Part shown: piece by piece, positions 12,624 to 27,240 of the stretch | Position numbering within the stretch: position 1 is the first letter of the stretch | Layout: the number at the start of each line of letters is the position of its first letter | The notes under the pieces: model-generated | What the model was told of the DNA's origin: nothing | Databases searched by the model: none | Seen by the model: the letters and a program-made list of their open reading frames with translations, nothing else | Made by a program: the position numbers and the translations under genes | Source of the DNA: Octopus sinensis | Taxonomy: Eukaryota | Direction of reading: 5' to 3' | DNA length: 64,000 bases | Assembly (NCBI RefSeq): GCF_006345805.1 | Contig: NC_043007.1 | Coordinates: 5,704,001 to 5,768,000, forward strand

Positions 12624-13142
12624 ACACACACACACACACACACCACACACACACACATATATATATATTATATCGGTTCTATTTTAACAAAACTGTCCGA
12701 CGAACGGGAACGTGAAACTCCCTGTAACAGCTTTTGTTAAATTTCTGCTGCTTTTAAATAAAGTATATATATATATATATCTATACACAGGTGCGATTTC
12801 CAATAGCCGTTAATTTACTTTATATATACACACATATTTAATATACACACAGACACACAGACACACGCACACACATATATATTTGTGAATGTATATACGT
12901 GTAAGTGTGGGCGCATGTGTATGTATGCTGCGAATGTGGTATTTGCATGTGTGAATGAGAACGTATTACTTACTGAGCATGTGTCTGTCTGTCTATAAGC
13001 GAGGGTCTGCACGACTGTCTGCTTCAAGATGGTGTAATAATACTATGCAACACTGTAACAATATCAAAAGATTCTGTTGTAATTAGAGACTACTAAGTTT
13101 TCCTCTTGAGACAGAAATCCGAAGCGAAGTCGGAACACTAAC

Positions 13143-13200
<58 letters not shown>

Positions 13201-13207
13201 GTGTGTG

Positions 13208-13254
<47 letters not shown>

Positions 13255-13442
13255 GTGTGTGTGTGTGTGTGTCTATGTGTATGTATCTGTGTATATGCAT
13301 GTGTGTCTATGTATGCATATATATCATATGTAGAAACGTAAATATATATGGTTATGCATATCAACAATGTATATATTTAAATTATAAAGCACTACGCCAG
13401 GTATTGTAATATTTTTGCTGAATACTGAATAATTGGACATCT

Positions 13443-13478
<36 letters not shown>

Positions 13479-13552
13479 ATATATATATGAGATTGTCTGT
13501 GTGTGTGTATCTATATGTGTGTGTGAGAGTGTGCCTGCATATTTACCAGTGC

Positions 13553-13598
<46 letters not shown>

Positions 13599-13974
13599 TA
13601 CAGTTTACAATTTATAAGAAACATCCAGGGGAATAATTACAAGGTAGCTAAATGTTGCTTGCTTAAGTGTTTCAGGATTCCATTCCGGGATAGTAAGTTG
13701 TATTTAGTAGAAAATAGGAAAATTGAAAAAAGGTGACGACCACTCGGGATGTTGTTAAACCATTTATAGCTTGAATTCTTCTACATGTGTTTCGACGGAT
13801 GCACTCCAAAAATGTCCGACAGGATAAATTATGGTCAGCAATAGGTCAATCTAATCAGGAAAGATATAAATAACAAACTCATCAAACGGACATGTTAACA
13901 GAAACAGAAAGTCCCATAAAATGTAACGTATTTATATTCATATGCACACACACTTACACACAGAAAAACTAATG

Positions 13975-14355
13975 AATGGGGTCTTGTTTCATTAGGACAA
14001 TGCTTCAGCACCAAAGTCCTTGGTTTCAATGGCTGCTGTGCGTGACTGGCTTTGAACTGGTTGATCACCCCTCCCTATATTAGTGTTCTGGTTCCATCTG
14101 GTTATCATCTATTTCCCAACATAAAAAAAACACTCAGCTAGGCACCAGCATCATGTGATGATGACGTCTTATCTGTGGTTGATGACCATTTTGACCAACA
14201 GAATATAGCTTCTTCACCAGTACGATCCAAGCACTGCAACTACTTGTGGAAGCGTATGGACAGTAAGAAGAACTTCGTTAAAACTTGAACTTCATTTGGT
14301 CACATTCCACGAGAGTGTTTTGCTCAGCCTATGAACATTTCAGTTGATCTCCATA
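13975..14355 (+). mobile_element. Mariner transposase 3' remnant with right TIR-like end
   Basis: Frameshifted GVLFH*DNASAPKSLVSMAAVRD..ELVDHP...SGYHLFPNIKK, corresponding to the DNA..H / HPPYSPDLAPSD..LF motifs of D,D34D mariners. Ends CAGCCTATGAACATTTCAGTTGATCTCCATA. Confidence 0.8.
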
Positions 14356-15779
14356 ATAATAACATTATTATACCTGCATTTGTTCTCATGTTAATATTGA
14401 TAAAATTCACATTTTTTATTAAGAACTTTGGACCTGGGTTTGCACCCACTGAGCAAATTCTGCTGCTGGGCAACTGTATAAAACATCAATACTTTAAAAG
14501 ATGCTTGTTACATCCATTCGCCAGACCATTCTACCTTTTCTTTTAGGTCCACCTGACTAAAAAGCCTCTCCTTATCCAGTTAATTCCTTCTTCCGTGAAA
14601 TTGCAAATCTTTGAAATTCACACCTCGCCTACGATTCCATTGCAGAAATCAAACGACAGACGCAGAATGGGAACACAAACCAACATCATCGTCAACAACC
14701 AAGGACGATGGATTAAAAGACTAAATTATTTGGTTATTGTTGCTCTCCATATTTTTAACTTCAACAGTTGGCTGGTAAGTATACCTGGAGCAGTGTCTCA
14801 AAGACATTTACAAATCATTACGAAAATTTTGAATTATATTCTCTGATTTAGTTGAGAACGCGCATAGAAATCTATGAAACCGCATCTGCACTATAATGGC
14901 AATTCTTTTGAAATATTCATTCATTAGCTCTGCATTCACTGGCGATCTTTTACTGCTTTTTTAAGTGACTTTGTTTTTTTTCTCCTCTTTAATTCGTCTC
15001 TTCATTTGTTGACATTTATTATGAGTTACTTAAGGGCAGATGATCTAGCCTGAAATTACGTGGACCGTCACTCATCAACTCATCAATTAATATAGATATA
15101 CATACATACTTACATACATAGATGTATGTATGTATATGTATATGTAGGAGCTTTATGCTAGAAAAAATATGTTTGTTACGTATTTCAACTTCTAAAGTCA
15201 AATTCACATCATTTAGTGTATGGTTAAAAAAAAAGGTTAAAGCACCATATCTGCCCAGTGTTTTCCCCTATTGAATTCCTTGACGCAGCATTTCTAACTC
15301 TTTAGCTGTTAGCAATGGGAAATACCAAAGCGAGGTAACTCTGAAAAGATTCAAAGCCATAGCTTTAACTATAAACAGTCGACAAACACTGACTGCTTTG
15401 CGTTATTGGCTCGAACTGTCGGGAATGAATAAGCGGCGTAAGTGTCAAAATAGTGATTCGATATAAGCGAACATGAAGTTAATTAAAATATGTGTGCGAC
15501 TCATTTCAACTTCTAAAGTTAAATTCACTGAAGTTATTGTGGATAGAATTTTTTCTCTTATGGTAAAGAATTGTAAAAGCACGGTATCTGTCCATGCAGC
15601 CCCTGTCGGATCCCCAGACACAGCGCCTCTAGCTCTTCAGCTGTTTACACCTCAAACAAGTAATGGCTAAAACACACACACACACACACATACTTATAGA
15701 TATCTAGATGGATAGATAGGAAGATATATAGATAGATTGATATATTGATAGATAGATACATACATACATACATATCATA

Positions 15780-17285
15780 CAATGGCACCTGTAACAAAAT
15801 ACGTGTCTCTAAGGAATATTACAGCTGTACGAAGAAACTTTGAACCTCAGAACTCTCTGCATTCAATAAAACAATGGCCCGCAATGTGTTTGCAGTGTCA
15901 GTACTCATACCAGCATTTGGGCTACTTGATTGGACGCTTGGTGAGTTCCGAACCATTGATGTGAAAACCAGAAAACCAGAAAAATAATAACAAGCACACA
16001 TAATTTCCACATAAACAGTATAGACCGCTTCTACCTAAAATGAAAACAAGGCGGCAGAGGCCAAACATCGAGTCAAAATACCTTTGAATGTCGTATCACA
16101 TCCCTACGGCAACATCTTTTAACCACGAAGTCCCGAAGTGCATCCCTGGACCAAGTTTGCATACACGAGGCTCATAATATCATGAGACTTGGAAGCAGTT
16201 CCTTGAGCAGCATTCTTTGTCTGATAGTCTAGAATACATGCCCAAAGGAGTCGCGCTACTCTACCACAACGTCTCATCAGATGACAGGATGAACCTATAT
16301 GAACAGCAGACCATGCAGGGATATATTAGTAGAAAGCTCCGAGATGACAGTAACACTGGTCATCAAAGCAGTCTATCATGGACCAATAACCGGATAACTA
16401 CCCACCCACCACTTTGAGGGATATGAGTTTGCAGTCCAGGAACAGGAAATATCAACCAAATACCTGGCGCACAAAAAGGACAGAGATGCAGGAAAAGAAG
16501 TAAAATGTGACAACCGATGCAGACTTTGTGCAGTTATCACCAAAGATATCACCCACATCATAAACAGTTGTCTGAAAATGTCATCACAGTATTATCTACA
16601 ATGAGACATGATGTTGTAGCTAAGACACTCTATAGTGAAATCTGTCGGAAGGATAACGCCGGTGACAGAGAAATAAAATATCACAGTAGGGTAGAAGCCA
16701 TAGCCACTCGTAATGAAAAGGAGTACAGGTGGAATGTTCCAGTGAAAACATCAATAAAATATAAATACAATAGAGCTGATGTAATGATTAGGGATAGAGA
16801 AGAGAAACTGTGCACAGTTGTAGAAATCAGCTGCACACCGAAGATCAGTGAAACGTGAACACTTACGTTGAACGATTGAAAAATCTGCAGTTACTCTATC
16901 CAGATTACAAGTTCAGGTTTATACCTGTAATCATTGGGGTTCTGGTATATGTAACACACTGTCTAAATACTAATCTTGAGGAATTAGGCTTCTCAAAACC
17001 AGAAAGGAGAAAGCTGATTCAGAGACTACAGCCCCAATCAATCACTGGAACTGTAAAACCTTCCAAAAGGTTACAATTTCAGTATATATGAACATGTCTT
17101 GATATGCAAGTATATACATGATAATACATGCATAGAACAAAACATTGAAATCTGCACATTCGCATACATACGTTCGAAAATACCCTGTTGTTGATGTTGA
17201 AATTCCAATGAAGGAGGCGTGGATCTAGATTAGAAAACAGCTCTTTCCCTATTAGCCAGAGATCTTGAAACAAAACTGAATAATG
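15780..17285 (+). mobile_element. R4/Dong-type non-LTR retrotransposon, 5'-truncated 3' half (post-RT region, CCHC knuckle, RLE)
   Basis: Translates ELSAFNKTMARNVFAV...IDVKTRK...IDRFYLK*KQGGRG; FEGYEFAVQEQEI; CRLC...HIINSC; RHDVVAK; NRADVMIRD..VVEISC; IPVIIG. Multiple frameshifts; the 3' UTR runs to a microsatellite. Confidence 0.88.
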
Positions 17286-17329
17286 ACATACATACATTTA
17301 TACATACATACATATATATGTGTGTATGT

Positions 17330-17376
<47 letters not shown>

Positions 17377-17554
17377 TGTACATGCCTGTACATATGCATA
17401 TATATGCGTGCCTATATTGCACTACATATATATATGTATGTATTTATCTACCTAACTTTCTGCCTACCTACCTACCTACCTACCTACTTACATGCATATA
17501 TATGTGTGTGCGTACGTATCTATATACACACACACGCACACATTTATGAATATA

Positions 17555-17590
<36 letters not shown>

Positions 17591-17611
17591 TAAGTGTGTG
17601 TGTGTGTGTGT

Positions 17612-17655
<44 letters not shown>

Positions 17656-18259
17656 GTCGTAATTTGATTTCCTACAATTTGCAAGACAATTTAATGGAAA
17701 ATTTCTCTCTGTTTCAGTTTTTCGATTTTACGGTGTCCAAATCAAATGAACATATCTACAAAGTATATTAACGTATATTTCTCTGGACAATAAATTTACT
17801 ATAAATGTCGTTTATGTCTACAAACTTCTGTAGTTTGCTGTACAATGTATCTGTTGCAGCAAAATATATTATTTCCTCCAGTCAACTGAATTCTGTCGTT
17901 CTCAAATCTTTAACATTCTGCTTGTATAAATCGGTGAATTGGAGGAAATGATAGAATAACGTACAAAATTTCAATTCTTTCTCTAAGAAATTCGAATTCG
18001 ATTATGAAATTTATTCCTTCAAGGGTGATAAATTAAACCACCAGCATTATTCCACTCGATCGTTACCGTCGTATACAATTTACGAAAGTCAACATATAAG
18101 AAGACAATGAAAGTTGTTTACTGCATATAAAAGAAGGGAGGGGGCGGAAATTATGAGAGGAATTGATAAACTATATTAAAATGTAGTGTAGATAAATGCA
18201 AATACACAATTTTCAGCAGCGTATCATTGATATATTCTGTAATAATATGTGATCATTAT

Positions 18260-18840
18260 GTATAGTTTAAGACAGATAAAGTTTCCTATGCAGCAAAACA
18301 AATACCAACAGAATAACTTCGTGCAATCCAAGAAAGAGTAAAACAAGATCTGTATATCATTCGTTTTGTAGTGATTTATAATCCAAGTCATCAAAATATT
18401 TTTACCGTTACCAAATCCAACTTGCCTACCACGAGACAAAGTAACTGACGATAACATTTAATTACTGACTGCGCAATCGTTCAAAGCAAAAGGCGGGCCT
18501 TGAAGCAATTGTTGAAAAAGGCAAGGTTTGACCTAAACAACGACGATAAAAAACCACATGGTATCTATGCAATGATAATCGACGTAGTACACGTTTAATA
18601 CATGTACGAATGGGACTATATCAATGCAAAAGCTAGACGGAGAATATTTCAAAAACAATTAAGATCTGTAAAGTTATGAACCAGATTTATCGCAGCGATT
18701 GTCCGAATCGTTAATAGATATATATATATATTTGACACACAGGATACTCATTATCGAAATGCATACAAGTACACATGCAACAAATTAAGAATCCTAATAT
18801 CCGTCAGATTCATTTAAGCAATTATTTAGAAACACTGAGT
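18260..18840 (+). mobile_element. Penelope-like element fragment (linker plus degraded GIY-YIG)
   Basis: Translates IRFVVIYNPSHQNIF...IVQSKRRALKQLLKKARF ... VHMQQIKNPNIRQIHLS, typical of the PLE linker and endonuclease region. Confidence 0.6.
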
Positions 18841-19029
18841 AGGAAAGTGTTTGTGGTATTTCGATTTTACAAATTTTACGACTCAAGAGAAGGTAGAAGA
18901 AGAGTTAGAGCTTAAGACATGTAGTGAATGGACAATTGAATTAAACGCCAAAAGTATAATAATATTACAGGTATTATTACTCGGAATTCACACTTAATTT
19001 CATTTAAAATAAGACGAAATTAGGGATTA

Positions 19030-19700
19030 TATATATCGTAATATATCGTTTTTAATATTTGCGTGGATATTATTCTAAGGCCCTTGTAATAGTGTCATTT
19101 GTGGTGGACGCATTCAAAAGGGGTTTATATTTGGTGATAAAATATGACTCTTTGCTAATGCGCTGATTATAGGTTGTATCGTCCCTGAATTTATAGAGAG
19201 AAAAAATTCTGAAGCTGGGTTGTTTGTTAGTGAAGCAAATGTCGATGTATTCGCTGAATGCTTTTTTCTGTATTCCCGAATTTTGATCTGGGATCTATGT
19301 AGAGCCATTCTTTGACGTAGATTGATTTTGGTTTGGCCTATGTATTGCTCTCGACACCCAGAGCAACGTAATACCTATATTAGGTTCTCCGAAGCAAGCG
19401 TGAAGTTGATTTTCACTGTAAAATGTTGACTCTCTTTGAAAGTAAACTCTGATCCCTCAATTAGGTTGACGCATACACCGCAGTTAGTTCTTCCGAATTT
19501 GTTTACTGACGGCTTCATTGTTGCTGTCAAAGTCTTCGACACCATCCTCCAGAACATTACTCTACTAAAAAGAGACCACAGAATGAATTTAATCCTCGAA
19601 GCGCACCCCATCATTGATAGACAGGAAAAAGGAAAATGTTCCTTGCATTTAACAATTATGGAACTATTTTTAAGAAACATTTTATTTAATTTTTCCACAA
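19030..19700 (-). mobile_element. Penelope-like element 3' fragment with GIY-YIG endonuclease
   Basis: Translates GRTNCGVCVNLIEGSEFTFKE...ASENLI*VLRCSGCREQYIGQTKINLRQRMALHRSQI. A second copy lies at 27900-28310. Confidence 0.85.
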
Positions 19701-19814
19701 TTTAATTGTTTTTATGCTTTACTCTAAGTTGAAGAAAGTCGCACTAAATGTCGGCGCTAAAATGTTATTCATGTTTAAATTATTTCTCCATTTTCTACCT
19801 TGTCTTATTTTACA

Positions 19815-19888
<74 letters not shown>

Positions 19889-20220
19889 CCTATATATATA
19901 TATAAATATGTGTATGTGTGTTTATATATGTATATGTATGTAATGCACTTGTGAATAATGCCGATGAAGAGGCCGAGCTGCACTTGTCACATAACTTTTC
20001 CTTTCAGTTCACGTGAATCATGTTTGATGGTCTTCTTAAACGTGTACATTGCATAAAGGATAAATACCAATTGCATTTTATCATTTTATTAGCGTCACTT
20101 GAGATGCGAAAATAATCAAACCACGTTGTGCATCGGGAATGTGTTTAGAGCTAATCTACTGTGCTCAAACCTGTGGCAATATGTTGCACCTTCCGGCGTG
20201 ACATGTTGTGGGATATATAT

Positions 20221-20289
<69 letters not shown>

Positions 20290-20294
20290 ACAAG

Positions 20295-20935
20295 TTCTGC
20301 AATAGGTGGGAGAGAGACACCAACGAAAAGAAAAAGAAATAATAATTGGTATAACAAGAAGTTTCATAGTGTATTGTTTGTTGACGCTACCCTTATGAAC
20401 GAGCTAAGTAGGGCATTTAAGGAAATCCTACGCACAACTGGCATTAAGATCAAAGTTCTAGAAAGGACAGGTAGGACTATCAAATCTATATTAATTAAGT
20501 CATACCCCTTTGATAGAATCACGTGTCGAAATAATTGTGTAGTATGTTCTACAAACCTACACGTGAACTGCAAATCAAAGAACACTGTATCCCAGATTAA
20601 GTACCAGGAAAAGACTTCCGTAGTTCTCTCGGAGTCCTATGTTAGGGAGACATCTAGGAGCATCAATGATAGGTTCAAATAACAACTGGACAACTATATT
20701 GAGAAAAAAAAAACAAACTCCATCTTCTATCAGCATGCTGTAGACTGCCACAATGGCTCCTAAGGGAGATTTAGGTTCGACATCCTATCTACACATGCCA
20801 CTGATGCAATGCTGAAACCAGCCAGAGGAACTGTCTGTGTAAAGGAATACAAAACAACCCTCAACTGTAAATCCGAATAGGGTAACACCCAGATTTCACT
20901 CGGGAGTACCCGTTTATAATCAACAATAAACTTTC
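20295..20935 (+). mobile_element. Penelope-like element fragment (different lineage) with GIY-YIG endonuclease
   Basis: Translates WYNKKFHSVLFVDAT...IKVLERTGRTIKSILIKSYPF..CRNNCVVC...NC...YVRETSRSINDRF...SIFYQHAVDCH...LNCKSE. Confidence 0.8.
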
Positions 20936-21387
20936 TTACTGACTAATAAAACTCACCAACTCCACATCCAGCAAAATGAAATATCTTAATCGGTATCATG
21001 TTCGATATGAACGAGTCTGAAGCACCAATTTGAAATAGGGAAACACATGAGTCAGGCACTTGATTGCCTAATGTTTTACGTCGCATTGTACATAATATAT
21101 ATATATATACGCACACATATATATTTGTATATGTACACTCGCACACATATAATGCACAGCACGACATAAATCATAGCTATAAAAGCATATAATTTTATAA
21201 ATATTATGTATAAGGTATATATACATACACACACTCATACATACATGCATATATGTATGTATGTATTTATGTATATATATATATATATATATATGCATAT
21301 GTATATACATGCATATATATACATGCATATAATCATACATACATGCAAATATATGTATGTATGTAATATATATATATAATATATATA

Positions 21388-21460
<73 letters not shown>

Positions 21461-21838
21461 CACCCAGTAGTTGTAATTGAATATATTTTGTTACGATGAT
21501 AATTGAAAACCTGTATTGAGTTTTAAAAAGCGAGAATCGACTTCAGTTTTGCACATAACTTTTCGAATTTATTTTTCTTAATGCTTACGTTACAGTTTTC
21601 GGAGACATAAATTTATTTTATTGTTCCAAATTTCCTCACATTTCACTAATACAATTTTAGTCTAAATCTATTTTATTCTTTTTCTTTTTCTTATACGTCT
21701 GTTTTACACGTTTGTCTTCCGACTTAAATATTTCAAATGCGTTGTGATCTGATGTTTATTTGAAATGATATGTATGCATGTGTGTTTGTGTGTGTCCATG
21801 TGAATATATATACATGTACACATAAATACACGCATAAG

Positions 21839-21884
<46 letters not shown>

Positions 21885-21969
21885 TATATATATATATATA
21901 TTATATATATATATAATATATATATATATATAATATATATATTATATATATAATATATATATATATATA

Positions 21970-22000
<31 letters not shown>

Positions 22001-22015
22001 AATATATACATGCGT

Positions 22016-22055
<40 letters not shown>

Positions 22056-22547
22056 TAGCGAAGTAAAAATTTGATATCTTTCATCAAACTACTTCTGAAT
22101 CACATGAGTAGAAAAACAAAAAGTGTCTCTTGTTCTGAAGGTCAGTCTGCATTTACTCAACTCGAACAAGTGCGATGAATTTCCTTGTATTCTTCTTCTT
22201 GAATTGTTTAAATAACAATAAAATATAACGAACAAAAGCAGAAGGCGAAAATGAACAATGGTTGATAGAACCATAGGAAAAGGACATGGAAACCAGAATA
22301 ACGAAGGCATAAAAAGGGAATGAGTGAAAAAGCAAAAAAGCAACACAATATGATCAACAAATGTCAAAAGCAGCAAAAACGCGAGAAATATAATAGGAGA
22401 GAGAAGATATTAGAAATAGAACGCATGAACCGAGTCTGCGGTGAGAAAGGAAGGAAGGAAGTAAGAAATGAAAGATGAGCAGAAACTAAATTGAATTTGG
22501 TGAACATGGAGTACAAATGACGTGGAAACACAGAAACCGATATCATC

Positions 22548-22548
22548 A

Positions 22549-22589
<41 letters not shown>

Positions 22590-22595
22590 TACTAC

Positions 22596-22652
<57 letters not shown>

Positions 22653-22779
22653 CAATAATAATAATCATAATGATAATAACAATAATGATCATAATAATAA
22701 TAATAATAATATAATAATAACGATAATAATAATAATAACGAACAAGAGAAGAAGAAGAAGAAGAAGAAGAGAAGAAGAA

Positions 22780-22811
<32 letters not shown>

Positions 22812-22820
22812 AGAAGTAGA
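22548..22820. repeat. (TAC)n/(AAT)n/(GAA)n compound trinucleotide repeat
   Basis: Read directly from the sequence; it explains the homopolymer ORFs here. Confidence 0.95.
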
Positions 22821-22824
22821 AGAA

Positions 22825-23431
22825 ATATATTCAGAGACGTGACAGAGTTGGAACCTATATACACTTGAAGCTATGCTAATACTATGGAATGACAACAAAT
22901 GTAAAGATGGTATAAGAATATTCCAGAAAAGGTCTTCGAAAATGAAGGAGCAACCATAATATGGGATATGGCAATACACAGACATAGAAAAATCAAGGCT
23001 AATAGGCCGCATATAGTTGTCAGACACTATCAAGAAAAAATATGATTTCTAATCGATGTATCAATTCCAACAAATGACTATGCACCTTTAAAAGAAACGG
23101 AGAAACTCTCAAAATACAATGATCTGGAAATAGAGATAACCCGAATGTGGGGCCTGAAAACAGTCAGAAACCGTATAGTTATAGGTGCGTTACGAATAAT
23201 TAAAAACATTCACAAAAATAGATGACCTAAACACCAGGACCTGCGAATATATATAACATAGGAAAACATAGACCTACTGGGCACTGCACACATCCAAATT
23301 AGAACATCAATACAGTTGAAATAACAGCACCGCAAATCACAGCACATACCGAAGGCACACAGAACTGCGCTCGGTAGTGCAGTGAAAGTACGTGAAAATA
23401 ACAAGACTACTGAATAATAATAATAATAATA
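22825..23431 (+). mobile_element. R4/Dong-type LINE 3' fragment (RLE) with (AAT)n tail
   Basis: Translates RRDRVGTYIH...IPEKVFENEGATIIWD...ANRPHIVV..FLIDVSIP...EKLSKYNDLEIEITRMWGLKT...VIGAL. Confidence 0.85.
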
Positions 23432-23432
23432 A

Positions 23433-23824
23433 CTAGCAGTATCGCCCGGCGTTGCTCGGTTGTAAGGGAAATAACTATATAAGCATTTTTAGAGTTATAG
23501 CCAAAAAATAGCAAAAAAAATGCATTAAAAATTGAAAAAAAATTAAGGTAAATTTTTTAAAAATCGTTGACACATCGTAGATATTTTTAGAGAGTTACTT
23601 CCCTTATATAAAAGCGAAAAAAATGCATTAAAATGGAAAAATATGATGGTAAATTTTTTTTAAATCGTAGACTCATCGTAGACGCGCGCTAATACCCAGA
23701 AGGGCTCGATATGAATCACGACTATAAGATACCTGCTTTTGGTTAAACTGCACCGCAAAATGTGGGAGTAATTACGAATGTAAATCGAAGGGGACAGACA
23801 CACAACTTCACTCTTATATAAAGA
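23433..23824 (-). mobile_element. Non-autonomous Helitron-like element
   Basis: On the minus strand: A|TC start, subterminal GC hairpin CCGAGCAACGCCGGG and CTAG|T end. Homolog at 31760-32257. Confidence 0.75.
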
Positions 23825-24399
23825 TGCTTTTTTTTTCAGTCATAGAGTTAGATTTATGAAGGTCTTCAGTAGAAAATCCTTCGAATTCTGACACGCTGCT
23901 TGATATAATGAAATTCGTATCCATTTTTTGTCAGAATTACAAATTTTGAAAACACAATAGGAACAAATTTCGGAAAAAAATCTCCCATAATTCACGGACT
24001 TAAAATTACACTTCGATTTTTGTACAAAACTGTATTTGAAGTGTTTACGAAGTATAATACGTGTTTTCACGAATGTACTAAAGAGATTTACTCTGATATT
24101 CTCATTTAAATATGAATAGGTAAATTCGGGCGGTTTGGTAACGAAAGGGTTTATATAAGTGTCGTCTGTTTATACATAAACACTGTTTCATAGTTTCAGT
24201 TTAGTCTTCCTCAAATCACTGTCGCTAATTTACTCTCTTCCAAGAACATTTTCACTCACTGTTATCTGTTAGCTTCCCATACATTTTACTCATGTATCTA
24301 TCAGCGTGATAGACAGAAACAAATATTACATTTACTTTCATTTTATTCGTTGCCCACTGTGTGTGTGCGTTTGCGTGTGGTGTAAACCAGACTAAGAAA

Positions 24400-24601
24400 A
24401 GCATTTGACACACACACCAGAATGTGAGTTTTCTGTAAATTTTGCTTAATTGGAGTTTAAATTTTAAAAACTGGACCTGGCATGACGCGATGCATTGTAC
24501 TCTTAAAACTGCTAGGTAAATTGTAATTGAAGAAATCCTATATTGTAGATTTCTATAACTCCCAAAGGGAGGCAGATAAAATCTGCCTTTTATAATAAGA
24601 G

Positions 24602-24602
<1 letters not shown>
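24400..24602 (-). mobile_element. Possible Helitron-like 5' end fragment
   Basis: Minus strand starts A|TCTCTTATTATAAAAGGCAGAT-TTT-ATCTGCC, a head style similar to the other Helitron-like elements. No 3' end found. Confidence 0.35.
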
Positions 24603-24682
<80 letters not shown>

Positions 24683-24716
24683 GTAATAATAGTAATAATG
24701 ATAATAATAATAATAA
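24603..24716. repeat. (AAT)n microsatellite
   Basis: Read directly from the sequence. Confidence 0.95.
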
Positions 24717-24960
24717 AGGTAGTGGCTCTCATGGCTTCTGATCTTAACTGATTGGAAGTGTTATCATGTACATTGTTTGTCTTGGTATAAAAGATAGGCT
24801 ACAGCAAATATTCTGCTCAATACCACAGATTTTCTTGTCAGTTGTTTGACCTTAACCAATTGAGCATGTCCCTTAGTGACTGACGATATGTGCATCTCTG
24901 ATCACGAGTAGAAGTAGTGGGGAAGCATCATAGCCGTGTGTTGAGAGGGACTCTTTGGGG
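24717..24960 (+). mobile_element. Interspersed repeat fragment, family E (class unresolved)
   Basis: Homologous in opposite orientation to 41940-42180 (GCATGTCCCTTAGTGACTGACGATATGTGCATCTCTGATCA). Confidence 0.6.
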
Positions 24961-25426
24961 CAAATACACACACACATATATATATACACGCACACACATA
25001 TATACAAACATTTTTGTGTGTGAGAGAGAGAGTGTATGTGTGTGAGCGTGTGAGTGTGTGTCTGTGTGTGTGTGTGCGTGTGTCTATAAATTTTATTTCG
25101 GTCGCCAGTGAATATAATATTTCTATAAATATTAAAAATACGTTAATTAAAGTATTCCATGAAAACAAGAATATAAGCCATTCTAAGAACTAATGAACTT
25201 TTGTAATTAAAAAATTGTTTTAAAGATGGTGACTTTTGCTCAAGCAAGAGCGACGCTGAGAATTATAGTTTTGTAGCATCTGTGAAATTGATTAAATTGT
25301 GATGAATTAAAATATATTTTTAATTACGAAATGCTCGAATGAGAAGAGGAAAGATAGTTTTCTGACTGCTTTGAAATAAATATCACAAATAGGAGATTAT
25401 GAACATAAGAATTTCAAACAATTATA

Positions 25427-25960
<534 letters not shown>

Positions 25961-27195
25961 GACGACAACGACAACTGTGATGATAATAATGCTGCTGATG
26001 ATGATGCTGACTACCATGGTGATAATGGTCATCTTTAAATCATCATTATCATTATCAATACCAGCATACCTTCATTGCTTTTCCTCATTAGCCCTGTAAT
26101 CATCCTCGCTTCATCATCCTCTTCCATTACCGCTATTCTCATTGTACTCGCACACGTCATCAATGTCGCCTTCACCATCCTCACTACTACAAACAAGTGA
26201 GTTATCTTGAGATATTGCAAACGCTAAAACAATGTTTCATATAAACTCCAAAGCTGGACGTGTTCAGCTGTGAATATTAAAGTTTAATTAAATTCTTTTA
26301 TTTACACTTTCCAATTTCCTCTCAGTATACACTTCTGTTTAGGAGTCGGGTATCAATTACACGATGTTACATCTACGTGGTCTCTGGAATTGGCAAAAAT
26401 AAAATTAGCAAACTAATCGCTCTCAAATCTTTCTCAAATCATATACCAGTCTAAAAAATTAATATATATTAAATATTTTAGACTTAGCGAGCTACCTTAG
26501 AAGATGGAGTGGTCACAACAGGAAACCCTTTGGTCATTGTCCAATTAAATCTGGCTTGATTTGGAGTTCAGCAACAACAGCGACCAGATTTAGTTTATAC
26601 AAGAAGTGACCGTATATAATTCTATGATATTATGGAAATCGGCTGAGCCCAGTATCGTCACATCTTAAGAATAGATGGTTAGCTTGTTGCTGATAACATG
26701 GCTATGAGGGCCAATTTCACAAAAACTGGAGCCTGTTTATGGCTCAACGAAATTTCAGGGTCTTGTCGATCTCTAGGGACCCAGTTTTTAAATAGAAATA
26801 GCAGAAATATTTTCTTACCATTTTAAATCATTGAATTACACAGAAGGATGGTCGTAACTAGAAAAACCTCTCTTTATAGATAAGCTCAATCAGAGCTGAC
26901 CTGGGACTCTGCAGCAACTGATACAGGACTTCTTTCAGTGAAATGAAAGGGGAAAGGGTTTACACATCTGCTTTCTGGAAACTTGCATGTAGTCTGTTTA
27001 GGATATAGAGAGAAGAGGTGCAATTGTAGAGTCCGAAGATCTGGAGAGAGCTTCAACATCTGAACGCACGCAAACACACACACACACACGCATACGCACA
27101 CGCACACACACGCATACACACACACACACACACACTCACGCACACATACACACAGAATGGAGTAAGTGAAGCAAGACCACACATGAAATCGAAAA

Positions 27196-27240
27196 GTGTC
27201 GCTGAAGAGGTCACAGATGTGTGACGAAAGATTTCGGGAC
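27196..27240 (+). ncRNA. Candidate minimal type I hammerhead ribozyme (partly decayed)
   Basis: Core CTGAAGA 27202-27208, stem II GTCACA-GATG-TGTGAC, GAAA 27226-27229. Stems I and III are imperfect. Confidence 0.4.
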
